This document shows, one piece after another, positions 25,335-38,499 of a DNA stretch of 64,000 nucleotides. The notes under the pieces were generated by a model, which worked only from the letters and a program-made list of their open reading frames with translations, was not told the DNA's origin and did no database searches. The stretch's first letter is position 1. Each line of letters starts with the position of its first letter. This DNA is from Octopus sinensis. Taxonomy: Eukaryota. A program made the position numbers and the translations under genes. The stretch covers positions 113,832,001-113,896,000 of the forward strand of contig NC_042998.1 in the NCBI RefSeq assembly GCF_006345805.1. Direction: 5' to 3'.

Positions 25335-25715
25335 CATCTTTTACTTGCTTCAGTCATTGGACTGTGGCCATGCTATGGTATCTCCTTGAAAAGCCTTGTC
25401 GGAAAATCGACCCCATTTCTTATTTTTTTAAAGCCTGGTACTCATTCTATCGTTCTCCTATACCAAGCCACTAGGTTACGGGAACGTAAACATAAGAATG
25501 CCATTCGCCAAGCGGTAGTGGGGGACAAATACAAACACGAACACAAAGATGCATTCACATCCATACTTGCACATATATACGACGAGCTTCTTTCAGTTTC
25601 TGCCCACCAAATCCACTGATAAGGATTAGGTAGACGGAAACTGAAAGAAGCTGGTGGAAGACACTTGCTAAAAGTGTCAAGCGGTAGGACTGAATCCAGA
25701 ACCATGTGATTGGGA
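25335..25715 (-). mobile_element. SINE family D with internal micro-inversion
   Basis: Homologous to 10080-10477; 30-bp inverted arms at 25585-25614 and 25623-25652. Confidence 0.75.
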
Positions 25716-25924
25716 AGCACACACACACAAACACACACACACAAACACACACACACACACACACACCACACACAGAGACACACACACACACACACGTATG
25801 CGTGATGCATGCGTACTTCTCCACTTATACAAGGAGACAGAAGAAAGTGATAACTTTGATAAAGATCAATACATAGGTAGAGAGCAACATTAATGTACAA
25901 AGTTTGAGTAAAACACATAAGCAG

Positions 25925-25937
25925 TATATGTATGTAA

Positions 25938-25994
<57 letters not shown>

Positions 25995-26011
25995 GTAATA
26001 TATATATGTAT

Positions 26012-26047
<36 letters not shown>

Positions 26048-26170
26048 TATATTATATATATATATATATATATATATTATATTATATATATATATAATAT
26101 GTATATATATATATATATTATATATATATATATATATATACACATATATATGTTTACATATATGTATATA
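25925..26170. repeat. (AT)n microsatellite
   Basis: Direct reading of the sequence. Confidence 0.96.
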
Positions 26171-26227
26171 TGTATGGATCTCTCTCTCTCTATCTATCTA
26201 TCTGTCTATCTATAAATATATGTATGT

Positions 26228-26263
<36 letters not shown>

Positions 26264-26789
26264 TGTGCGCGCGTGTGTGTTAACCAGCCAACACTGGCAA
26301 AAGAAACTAGACACTCCTTGAAAGAATTGCACAAGAAGATAGATACAAGCGCGCACATGCTCACACTCACAAGTACACAGACTCACCGACACACAGACAC
26401 ACAGAGAAACAAACAAACAAGCAAACAAACAAACAAACAAAGTAGCGGTAAATTAAATTATAATCTATAGACATTCAAAGTAAATAAAATAAATCAGAAA
26501 AGAGTACAAAACGAATTCCTGTAATTGGATAATAATTGTTTGAAGCTTTAAACACAAATCGCCATTAGGGAAAAAAGACAGAACAAGAGAGTTTCGAAGC
26601 GAAGCTAATACGTTAGTCATTTGGTAATATCAATGGCTTGGGGACATGCATAACGACACAAATATTATGTTGTAGAATGATTCTTCACGCCAATTCAACT
26701 ACCATTTATGTACCATGTCTTATTTCTCAAGGGAAATCAATAATATGGGACATTGGAAAGAAAGAGAAGAAAACAACAATGGCAATCTG

Positions 26790-26793
26790 AATA

Positions 26794-26839
<46 letters not shown>

Positions 26840-26859
26840 GGATAATGATGATGATGAGG

Positions 26860-26911
<52 letters not shown>

Positions 26912-26937
26912 TAATAATAATAATGATGATGATGATA
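26790..26937. repeat. (GAT)n/(AAT)n microsatellite
   Basis: Direct reading of the sequence. Confidence 0.96.
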
Positions 26938-27224
26938 AAATCGTCCAATGACGGTAAGATTAAAAACTGGATAGCGCAGGAAATGTGACGTGGAACATTA
27001 ACAAAAAAAAAAATGTTTGCTGTGTTTCATAAGCATACATGTTTCCATTTGCAGCGACGAATCGAAGACGTTAGTCTGTGATCCATATACGCAGTTTGCG
27101 TTATATAGTATTGCTGTGTATAGATACCTTTTACACGTATACACGCGCATATATATATCTATATATGCATATGTATATGTTTGCATGCATACATGTATGT
27201 GTGTGTGTGTGTATGAATCTGTCT

Positions 27225-27225
27225 G

Positions 27226-27319
<94 letters not shown>

Positions 27320-27320
27320 A
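27225..27320. repeat. (TCTA)n microsatellite
   Basis: Direct reading of the sequence. Confidence 0.96.
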
Positions 27321-27576
27321 GTCTGTCTGTCTGCCTGTCCACTCAAGAAAACAAGCAAACGGAATCCCACTGATTTTGAATCCCAAAAGATTTTTAAGGT
27401 ACCAGCAGGCCTCAAGTGACAGATGTGTTCTTTAGAAGATGATTACAGTTTTATTTTACTGAAACTTCATTTGGCGTTCACGACGAGAGAGTCCATCCTA
27501 TATATATATACAATTGCAGCGTGAAAGATGTCGTCCAATAACCCATTAGTTTCATTTCAACATTTATATTTCAAAA

Positions 27577-27788
27577 GGCGGCGAGCTGGCAGAAACGTTA
27601 ACACGCCGGGCGAAATGCTTAGCGGTTTTTCGTGTCTTTACGTTCTGATTTCACATTCCGCCGAGCTGGACTTTGCCTTTTATCATTTCGGGGGTCTATA
27701 AATTAAGTACCAGTTGCGTACTGGGGTCGATCTACTCGACTGGACCCTCCCTCAACATTTCGGGCCTTGTGCCTAGAGTAGAAAAGAA
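27577..27788 (+). mobile_element. SINE family C, tail-2 monomer
   Basis: Full head, body and tail GGCCTTGTGCCTAGAGTAGAAAAG followed by an A-run. Confidence 0.9.
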
Positions 27789-27798
27789 AAAAAAAAAA

Positions 27799-27950
27799 CA
27801 TTTAAATTTCATTTGTGTCAAAATATGTTCGACGCTTGGAAACCGTGACCAATTCACTGACAAAACTTTGTGCTGCATCTCAGTTCTGTCAGTGAACAGG
27901 TCACGGTTTCATAGCGACAAAAATATTTTGACACAAATGAAATTTAAATG
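27799..27950. repeat. Foldback hairpin 1 (69-bp arms, 14-nt loop)
   Basis: 27799-27867 versus the reverse complement of 27882-27950: 61/69 identical, ungapped. Confidence 0.92.
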
Positions 27951-27978
27951 ATGAAGTGAAACTAACGTTTTTTGAATG

Positions 27979-28148
27979 GCTCACAGACATCTTCCACGCT
28001 GCAATTGTTATTGTTTCAGCACGCCATTTCAGATCAAGTTATTTGCTATGCAAGATATATTGCGGAGATGTTCTTGCATAGCAAATGACTTGATCTGAGA
28101 TGGCGTGCTGAAACAAAAACAATTGTAGCGTGGAAGATGTCTGTGAGC
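27979..28148. repeat. Foldback hairpin 2 (77-bp arms, 16-nt loop)
   Basis: 27979-28055 versus the reverse complement of 28072-28148: 73/77 identical. Confidence 0.95.
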
Positions 28149-28508
28149 AGTGTGCAGTAAGTGTGGAAAGCAGTGTTTTATAGATTGTGTTCAAAGTGTG
28201 TTCAAATCTGGAATAACATGTTGGCTGGTCAACTTATTAGATGTTTTGTAATATGCCGTAATATAACTGCCTCTGCTAAAAAAAAAGTCTGAAAACTTCT
28301 GGAATGCTCCTCATAGCCCTAGAAGAATTAACAAAAGCTTAGTACATGTACCATGTCAGACTTGTAAGCGAGAGACGGCATTGATTTTTCTGCTATTCAT
28401 ATACATGTTTGTGTGTATGCATGCATGTATGTATGCATGTATGTATATGTATGTATGAATGCCTGAATGGGTATATACACAGGCACACATAAACACACAC
28501 ACACACAC

Positions 28509-28585
<77 letters not shown>

Positions 28586-29284
28586 ATATATTATATATAT
28601 ACATGTATATAAATATATCAATACGTACATACAGACATGCACATTTATATGTCCAATTGAATACATCCTAGTACGAGAGCGAAATACTAAAACATCGTTT
28701 GGAAAATGTATTAAATCCACCAGCATTCTTTGTACAATGTCTCCCCAGCCATCATCACGTCTGTAATTATCTTTTGTCTCCTAAATTATCTGATCTTTTA
28801 TGCTTCCACATAATTTGCTCTCATCTTTTCTTTGTCTCCGGGTTATTGTCACTTAAATCTATATTATCAACATACAATTAATATTATTGCTCTTTTCCCT
28901 GGTGATTCTTGCTAAACGTTGTTTTAATGCAAGAAAATTGTAATTTGGAGGTCACAATCATGTTTTAGGGACATAGCAGTAAAGAAAAAAATCAAAACTG
29001 ATTTGTGATTTATACGTACATATGTATAATACATATGTGTATGTGTGTGTGTGTGTGTGTGCGTGTACGTATATTTGTATATGAATGAGTACATACTTCA
29101 CATAAATACATTTATGCATACATACTTACATACATACATATATATACATACATAAATACATACATAAATATATACATGTATGCGTAAGTGTGTATGTATA
29201 TACATGCATACATACAAAGATACATGCGTATATGCATGCACACATACGAGTATATCTGTGTATACATCTGTACGTAAGTATATA

Positions 29285-30514
29285 CAGTTGCGGCCAAAAT
29301 GTTCAGAACGGCATTGTTTTCGTCAGAAAAGTAAATATAAGTTTTTATTAAAGTTGTTTTATATTCTATAATATTCACACACAATAAATACAATATTAAT
29401 TGTTATTGTCTGAGATTTTGGTGTAATTTGAGAGGATAATACAAAAGTTATGGATGATTTAGTGATTTACTGCAAAACCCATGGCGGCCAAAATGATCAG
29501 AACGGTTGAAAAAATAAAATAATCAAAAATAACAGAGAATACTGGAATTATTTAATATTTAGTGTGAAGCCCTTTAGCTTCAATCACACTCTGACATTTT
29601 CGACTGCATGAGGAAATTAAATTTTCAATTTCTTGCTGGGTGATCTTATTCCATTCTTCCTGAAGGGCATTCCATAATTGCTCAGTTGTTTTAGGATTTC
29701 TGGCTTTCGAACGTTCTCCTAGAATATTCCATACATTTTCAATAGGATTGAGATCTGGGCTTTGAGCAGGCCAATCCATAACAATAACCTTTTCAGCCTT
29801 GAGGAAGTTCATGACCACCTTAGCCTTGTGACATGGGGCATTGTCCTGCATGAATATGGATGGTCGCTTAGTTGAATTTCTCAGCACAGGCAAGACATGA
29901 TCTTTTACAAGTTGTTTATAAACTCCTGCATTTACCTTTCCATGTAATCGCACCAAAGGGCCCACAATATCCCAGATATCATCCCCCAAACCATGACACT
30001 TCCTCCACCGAATTTAGCACTAGTCTTAACCACAATCATCGTAGGCCTTAAGAATACCGTGTACAATACTTTTTGATTTGTTAACAATCTTTGCAATAGA
30101 TCCAATACTTAAATTATCCTTCCTTCGAAGCTTAATAATCTGCTGACGAATTGGTAACGGAGTAAGTGGCATTATATTAACAAAGTACACTGCAAATATT
30201 CTTACTAATGTTCAGTAAACGAACCGTCACGTAAACAAATTCAAAACATTAGAGTTCGCCAGTTAAATATACTAAAACACGGAGTAAAAGCAACCGTTCT
30301 GATCATTTTGGCCGCCATGGGTTTTGCAGTAAATCACTAAATCATCCATAACTTTTGTATTATCCTCTCAAATTACACCAAAATCTCCGGCAATAACAAA
30401 TAATATCGTATTTATTGTGTGTGAAAATTATAGAATACAAAACAACTTTGATAAAAAATTATATCTACTTTTCTGACGAAAACAATACCGTTCTGAACAT
30501 TTTGGCCGCCACTG
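29285..30514 (-). mobile_element. Tc1-family (DD34E) transposon with about 224-bp IR/DR TIRs, internally deleted
   Basis: TA-CAGT...ACTG-TA ends; the direct repeat GCGGCCAAAATG(T/A)TCAGAACGG occurs at both ends of each TIR; KFGGGSVMVWG, FMQDNAPCH, WPAQSPDLNPIE (D34E); the N-terminal MPLTPLPIRQQIIKL...ILKAYDDCG is fused directly to VKTSAKFGGG. Confidence 0.95.
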
Positions 30515-31914
30515 TATGTATGTATAGTGAAGGTATGTACAAACAAGACGGTTAAGGATTACTCAAAGCTGTAAAAGTACAATAAAAAACAAAGGTGAAC
30601 ATATTCAGTATTATTAATTTTAACGCAGTTTCTTCTGTCGAACCTTCATAGATAGGAATGAACAATTTTGTAAAATATTGCATGTATAAAATTAATTGGG
30701 TATTGAGGAATAGGAGAGAGTAGAAAAGAAAAGGGTCGATAAATTAAGTACAAGTTGCGTACTGGGGTAAATCTAATCGACTGTCCCCTCCCCCTAAAGT
30801 TGAAAAGAATATTTGATGTTCTGGAAGGAATTATAACTAATTCTCTATGAGATCGCTCCACCTGGTAGTAAAAGCCGTCAACTTTCTCTAAAATCACTCC
30901 CTCACTCCCTACATAAAGAAATAATGTATTAAATAACGTAGAACTAAATTTAAGCTGAAAGAGCAGTATAGTCTCGTCGGGATATCATTGATCTTTGATC
31001 AGTTTGATCAAGTTCGATCTGTTGCTAAACAACAACAGTAACATGGATGCTTTTATACCTATACATGCATTCCACTTTGATATATAAATAATATTACAGT
31101 CCTTTTAGGCTTTGTTAACCCCAATACTTGATCAAAATCTAAGCATGTCACCTCGCCTGTCAGTTACATGTAGGCAGGGGTTTTCACATAGGCGTGTGAT
31201 CTCCTCTGGATATCGATAATAACTACTGCAGAATTTGAACTTAGAACGCAGAGAAGTACATAAACCACAGAACTTCTCGTCTGACGCTTTTACAATTCTC
31301 TCAACTCATCTCGCGGAACTGTTAATTTATTTACCATCACAGAATGTATACACAGTAAAGTTGACATCGGTTTGGTTTGAACCCAGAGCAGAGAAAATAC
31401 TGAACGAATTCTATTCGACGCTGTAACAACGCTTCCAACCAGATCATGTGATCACATGACCTGTCGGTCTCGGTGCTGGAGATAGAGGGGAGATAAATCC
31501 CTGCTAGCGATATAAACAAGAGTTCATTTTGCACCAAAAAGCTAATATGAGTTTCTCTCGTGGTAACTGCCACAGTATAATTTGTTCCAATGGAACATTC
31601 ACGTTTAAGTGAGGATAAATATTGCTTCTCAGTATTAATAGTGCCTCTGCCGCTAACCCGTAGTTTGTGTTGGTGTTTTTGGTGATGTTTTGGAAGCTGA
31701 AGATTGTTGGCAACGTTGTTTGTGTGGATGAAGGCGTTTTTGATAATGGTAGTGTTAGTGGTGTTCGTAATGTCGGTGTTAGTGTTTTTGGTTCGGAATA
31801 TTAGAATATGAAATACTATGTTTGCTTAAATCAAGTAAAATAAATATTAGGACTCTGAGAAAACGTAGTCTTGTCGTTTCTGTATTTGAGTTTGTACGTA
31901 AGTGTGTAAATATG

Positions 31915-31916
31915 TG

Positions 31917-31950
<34 letters not shown>

Positions 31951-32200
31951 TGTATGTATGTATGTATGTATGTATGTATGTATGTATGTATGTATGTGTG
32001 TATGTATGTATATGCATGTATATATGTATGTATGTGTATGTGAGTATGTGTGTGTATGATTGCATGAATGTAATCATAGACACAGACACACATGTATGTA
32101 TGTATGTATGTGTGTATATATGTGCGTGTGTGTGTATGATTGCATGAATGTAATGATAGACACACATACACACACGTGTCTGTGTGTGTATGTATTTATG
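31915..32200. repeat. (ATGT)n microsatellite with an approximately 80-bp-period tandem duplication
   Basis: GTATGATTGCATGAATGTAAT(C/G)ATAGACAC occurs at about 32054 and about 32134. Confidence 0.85.
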
Positions 32201-33274
32201 TATGTATGTATATAGTATGTTTGCCCACATGTATATACATATACACGTATGTATTTACATATAAACATACATATGTATGTATATATATACATGTGTGCAT
32301 ATGTCTATGTATTTATGTACGTACGTATATTTGTACGTATATGTCTCTGTGTGTGTATATATGTATGTATATATGTTTGTAAGTACACACGCACATATGT
32401 ATGTAAGTCTATACGGATGTATATATGCACATATTTACGTACGTATGGATACATATGTTCTAGGCTACGTATTGTATGTATATTTATGTGTGCGTGTTTG
32501 TATGAGTCTGTGTGAATACAAATCTACACGTGGACGGAATATCTATGCGTGTGTATCTGTGTATGTGTGTGTGTATGTGTTTGTATATATGTGTGAGTGT
32601 CTCTGTGTTTATGTGCTTGCGCATGCGTTGAAATATTTAACAGCTTGTGTGCACAGCAACACCTTTATTTCGATCAGAAAGAAAGAGGCTAGCAAATAGC
32701 AAAAGCCTGCACAGAACACAAATCAAATCAGGATGATACTCGAGGGAAGACTTCTCTGAACAGAATGTTAGATTTATAACCACTGTAAAGTTGATGCAAT
32801 GCCCCAGAGGTAAGAGAAATTAGAACATTAGGAAGAAGAAGGAAAAAAATACAGGAGAGATAAAACTGAATTCCAACTCAAGTAACACGTTACTGTTTCT
32901 TCTCAGCTAATGTTTAATATGAAAACAGTGGTCCCACTTGTGTTGTGTTGCTATAGTCACACGGTAAAAGTCGATGTGAACAGCATAGCGTAAACTTCAC
33001 TCGTACATGTTCACTAAATGCTCGGCAGTTGCTAGATGAAGAAGAAGCTCTACTATAAATCTTAAACATGAAATGATTTCGCACAAACGATCAATAGACA
33101 TTAATGATAGAAGAGAAAACACGGGAAATCACAGTTAAACTGGTTAATATTGTCAATCTTGCTCGTCTACACTACGCCGAATTTAACGATTTCGTCACTC
33201 GTATAATGTTTATAACTGGTCTGGTGAAGTTTTAAATCTCTTAATGATGACATTCTGTATAAAAGCACAAAGGT

Positions 33275-33401
<127 letters not shown>

Positions 33402-33726
33402 ATGTGTTTGGGCGATGTGGTGCATGTTCGATGGCTTGCAATAGGTGTGTACATACGTAATGCATATGTAAACAAGCACATTATGTTATAATGGTAAATT
33501 TATATCTTTCACTTTCTCTCTCACACACAAGTATACCACACACACACATACATACACACACATGTTTATATGTCAAATACCACGACAATATCTACCACCA
33601 ACACTACCACCATCACCACCAACACCACCAACACCAACAACAACAACAGCATCAACAACAACGAACACAGAAATAATGTCTGTTTCAACTTACGATTTCA
33701 CATCATTGCAAAACAAATACATAAAC

Positions 33727-33761
<35 letters not shown>

Positions 33762-34076
33762 TATATAAATACACAAATACACACACACACATACGCAGAC
33801 GGACTTATGTATACTTAACCCCCCCCCAAACACACACAGAGACACCTATATTTCGGAGTTGTATTTGCTTTGCAAGTGACTTGGTCTGAGACCGTGTGTT
33901 GATGCTGTAACAGTTTATGTAGTGAAATAGCCATTCTAGTCATTTATAATACACAAAAACAATTAAATTTGCTTTAACTTTATATCATGGAATGTCAAAA
34001 GTTTCTTTTCACAACTGCGAACTACTCTAGTCATTTTCTGTGCTTTTAAATGGAGAGATAAACTTCTTCCATAAAG

Positions 34077-34135
<59 letters not shown>

Positions 34136-34188
34136 ATCTATCTATCTATGTATCTATCTATGTATCTATCTATCTATCTATCTATCTA

Positions 34189-34242
<54 letters not shown>

Positions 34243-34265
34243 GCTATCTATCTATCTATCTATTT
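34077..34265. repeat. (TCTA)n microsatellite
   Basis: Direct reading of the sequence. Confidence 0.96.
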
Positions 34266-34504
34266 ACCTATCTATTTACTTATCTGTCTGTCTGCCCGTC
34301 CCTCCGTCTGACTGTCTGCCTACCTGACTGTCTGTCTGTCTATCTGTCTACCAGTCTCTCTGTCTGTCTGTATATTATGCAATCCAAAAGAATTATGTCA
34401 GTCACCAGATCGCAGTTGGTAAAAATAAATGTTTAAAAGAAGTTAAGAGATTTTGTGTGGTTTTGATTGGCTGGTATGTGTCTTCCACGTGCAGCATTTT
34501 ATTA

Positions 34505-34940
34505 TCAGTTCGTCGGTCATTGTCGACGATGACCAGGGACATCTAATGGGAAAAGAAGACGGGCCACGATGTATCAGTCTGTGACCGATCAGTCCGATGC
34601 ATGCTCGGAAGGCTATGTTGCAGGTCGGGGACTGGTGGTCTGTTGAGAATGAAGGCAAGGATATGGCTCTGAACTTCCGACATTCACGTTTTCTTTCTGC
34701 CCCTGCAATCCTGTTCTGATCGTAGGAGGTGACATCTCTGTTGGTGCAGATTCGTCAGGCAGGACAGTCTTGCGATTAAGTTTCCCAAGTATCGGGGTTG
34801 ATCTCAAAGCTCTTCAGTAAGGTTTTGAGTGTATTCTTGAGCGTTTTTTTTTCTTTCCATCTTGCGCCTTCCACCATTTTGTTGTATAATGAGGAGTGGC
34901 GTGCCAGGTATTCGAACAAGGTAGCCTGCCTACCTGGCCT
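34505..34940 (-). mobile_element. RTE LINE 3' fragment
   Basis: Minus strand KNTLKTLLKSFEINPDTWE...SPTCNIAFRACIGLIGH (RTE C-terminal CxxC...H motif); 3' hairpin TGGTCATCGTCGACAATGACCGACGAAC. Confidence 0.8.
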
Positions 34941-35315
34941 GCACTCTACTCAGCCGTGTGTAATTGCTAGTCAGATTAGCTGGAAAGAGAAACTTCATGT
35001 CAGGGACCATGTCTTTCCAGGTAATTTTAAACAGCTTTGTTAGGAAGTTTATGTAGGAAGTTATTTTATTGAGCTTTAGGAAATACTTTAAATTTTCCCT
35101 TTATAATGACTATTAAAAGAATATGCAATATTTCAAACAACCAAGTAGTTAATGTTGCTAGCTTTAGTTTTCTATTTTGCAACAAAGCTGAATGAATATA
35201 GATATTTTAAAACAGAAAGGAAGAAAGAAAGAGAGAGAGAGAAAGAGAAATTCGGAAGAAAGTGTACATTTGAAGGAACCTGCTGTCTTTATTAGGCAAT
35301 ATTTCTTGGGCTTAA

Positions 35316-35597
35316 GGCGGCGAGTTGGCCGAATCGTTAGCACGCCGGGCGAAATGCTTAGCAGTATTTCGCCTGCCACTACGTTTTGAGTTCAAATTTC
35401 GTCGAGTTCGACTTTGTCTTCCATCCTTTCGGGGTCGATTAAATAAGTACCAGTTACGCACTGGGGTCGATTAAATAAATACTAGTTACGCACTAGGGTC
35501 GATTAGATAAGTACCAGTCACGCACTGGAGTCGATGTAATCGACTTACCCCCCTCCCCGAAAATTTCAGGCCTTGTGTCTTTAATAGAAAGGATTAT
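35316..35597 (+). mobile_element. SINE family C with internal approximately 32-bp triplication
   Basis: GGGGTCGATTAAATAAGTACCAGTTACGCACT occurs about three times at 35431-35526. Confidence 0.88.
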
Positions 35598-35604
35598 TAT
35601 TCTT

Positions 35605-35830
35605 ATGGTGAGCTGGCAGAAACTTTTACTCATCGGACAAAATGTTTAGTGGCATTTCTTCCAGTTTTACTTTCCGAGTTCAAATGCCGCCGAGGTCAAT
35701 TATTGTCTTACATCCTTTCGGGGTCGATAGTATTAGTACCATCTGATCGCGGCAGTCGACGTAATCGACTAGCACCTCTTCCCTAACCTCAAAAATGTCG
35801 GGCCTTGTGCCTATAGTTGAAAAAGTTATA
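35605..35830 (+). mobile_element. SINE family C, older monomer in tandem with the previous copy
   Basis: GGTGAGCTGGCAGAAAC...GAGTTCAAATGCCGCCGAGGTC...GGGCCTTGTGCCTATAG. Confidence 0.8.
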
Positions 35831-36129
35831 CCATTGTTATTGGACTCTTCACCGCGCATTTCTACCATACTCTATGCAAAACAAAGAAATGATTTGTTGT
35901 ATTATATCATTGTTTGTATTTTGTTTCGGAAGAGGTGTAGTTTTTTTTTCTTTTTATGCTTTTTCGATTCTTTAGTGGTTAGCAACTCTTTGAAAATATA
36001 TTTACTTTCAAAGTAGCTTCTTGTGAAAGCGATAACAAGAAAAAATATAGAAAGAGGAAATTGGGAGCCAAATGGAGAAAGTAGAGGATAAATATTTAGC
36101 ATGCCATGCATTTATTCATTCATCCGTCT

Positions 36130-36500
36130 TCACTGCCCACTATTCCAAGGAAGGCCGTTGAGAGTAGAGTTCTGAGGTACTTCATTCGTAGGGTCCTATC
36201 AGAATAAAAGACATCATTAGAATTTCCTGTTGGATTGCCAAGCATGACCAACTGAGACTATAGGCATTATTCAACCATCTCGTTCTTAATCTACTCCTTG
36301 GTATCCCACCGGTTTGAAGAATCCATCTTGCGATTCTTTCCTGCAACATTCTAATCACACGTTCGTTGTAGGGTACTTGTGACCTCTCAGTGCGAAGAAG
36401 AAGCGGTGTGACCTGGACAGACTCTTTGTTCTCCAAGCTACGCACCCTGTCGAGTAACGCTGCTTGTATTCGCAATCGTACTCCTTCAATTCGGACAGGC
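36130..36500 (-). mobile_element. RTE-like LINE 3' remnant
   Basis: VIRMLQERIARWILQ...PRSRLRTRWLNN resembles the GHVxRM..ER..R.IL...GRPRTRW.D motif of RTE/RTEX ORFs. Confidence 0.55.
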
Positions 36501-37309
36501 ACGAAAATCGAAATTGAAGACAACTTTATTTTGCTAACGTCATTCCTGGCTATGGTACAAAATTCTAATCTTATTTCAGCGATTAATATTTATTTTATCG
36601 ATCTTCAAAGAATGCAATGTACGCTAGATTTGAACAGGCTTGACCTTCAAACGGAAATGGATTTAACGAAACACTACAAGATATCTTGTCTGAAGCTTTA
36701 TCGATTTTCTATGATTTAATTATAAAAATCACCAGCCAAATAAAAGTTCTGTACTACAGCAGTAAATGATACACAAATGGTTATATAAGTGAATGAAAGG
36801 GATATAAAACATTAAATGACTGGAAAAAAAGTGCTATTGTGTTTACCTATTTGGCATTGTTTTAGAAATAAGAGAATAAATTTTCTTCGAATAAAAGATA
36901 ATTATTTAAACCTACAAATATGTTTATTTCATTTTTCATTACCTACGAGAATATTTTTCATGTATTTATGCATCAATATCCTACACTAGACTATTTCTCG
37001 ATTTATGTGTCAATACTATAACGTAACTATTCATTGTTAATATGTTCTGACAGATTTGAAAGTGTATATTTTGGTCGCTGTTGTTTTTCGTCATCGGAGA
37101 ACGCCATTTCCTTTAGCCGATGTGTGTACATCCGATTCGCCGGTATATGGGAACTGGGTGTTTCGACCTTGTTGTTTGACTCCTCTGTCAAAGATGAATT
37201 CGTACTCTTGTTAAATTCATGGTCTGGTCGAATGACGAGCACCTATGTTTGTTTACGTGAAATAATTGCACCAGATGTGATATGCGAGGTAAACTACTAT
37301 CGGCATTAT

Positions 37310-37410
37310 GTTGCCTGTGACGAAGAATCTCTCAGAGAACTACGTCAAGGGTACGCATGACTGCGGAGTGTTCAGCCACATGCACTCCGCAGGTTGCCTG
37401 TGACGAAGAA
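37310..37410. other. Locally templated insertion flanked by an 18-bp direct repeat
   Basis: GTTGCCTGTGACGAAGAA at 37310-37327 and 37393-37410; the interior copies 37684-37744 (58/61) and then folds back. Confidence 0.85.
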
Positions 37411-37464
37411 AAAAAAAGAAAATGATATATAGTTAATCACGAGATAATTTAATGTATCATGTAA

Positions 37465-37815
37465 AGGCGGATGGCTCAGTGGTCAGGGTATTTGGTATTT
37501 GGTCGTAAGGTCATGAGTTTGATTCATAGCAGCGCATTGTGTCCTTGAGCACGACACTTTATTTTACATTATTCCAGTCCACTCAACTGGCAAGAATGAG
37601 TATACCTGTATTTTTAGTATAACTGGCAAGAATGGGTATAATGAGTATTTTTAGGGGCCAGCTTTTCCACATTGTGTCACACTGAATCTCTCAGAGAACT
37701 ACGTTAAGGGTACGCATGACTGCGGAGTGCTCAGCTACATGCACATTAATATCATGAGCAGGTTGTTCCATTGATCGAATCTACTGGAACACTCGCCGTC
37801 GCAACCGACGGAGTT
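37465..37815 (+). mobile_element. tRNA-derived SINE family E (Meta/CORE-like domain)
   Basis: GGATGGCTCAGTGGTCAGG head; TTGTGTCCTTGAGCACGACACTTT; terminal hairpin CCGTCG-CAAC-CGACGG. Confidence 0.8.
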
Positions 37816-38382
37816 CCATTTCTGTTTTTAATGTATCGTAATGACGTGTGTATACTGAAATAAGTTAAGTTACTCGAATTCACGGATCCATTCTCCTCTA
37901 TTGGTGACACTCATCAAACATTACCTTACCAGCGTTCAGTGACATTATTGTTATTATTCAGATAGTGGAGAGTAAAGTGTGGATGATAAATTCAATTATA
38001 TAGAAACATATAATAAAACACGGAGAATTTTCCATACTTTAATATTCATCAAAGAGACAAAAGCATAAGCGTCATTCTAATTAGATATAAAGACATTTTT
38101 ATCTGAAATTGTCAGAAATTATCTGAATTTCTTCTATAACTACAGATGATGTCTTATCACCACACATGCAAACGTACACAGAAAGAGAGAGACAAACAAT
38201 CAGAGGTAGCGACTAAAAGACGCGCACGCACACACACACACATACACATATACATATACAGGTACCATACACATACATAGATATATTTAGACATCTATTG
38301 TAAATCAAGGAACGTAACTGTTGGCTGAGCAGATTTTGTTTACGTTAAGTTAAAATGATTTCAGCTGACACAAGAGATGTAA

Positions 38383-38457
38383 TGTCAATTATTTAAGTGT
38401 TCAATTTGCAACTTCAAGTGGATCGACAGGTTTCAAATTAAAGTTAGCAACGAGATT

Positions 38458-38499
<42 letters not shown>

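Noticed and set aside
35431-35535. CRISPR-like repeat array (also the 13-bp repeats at 24672)
   Set aside because: These are head-to-tail duplications without unique spacers, in a eukaryotic TE context with no cas genes.
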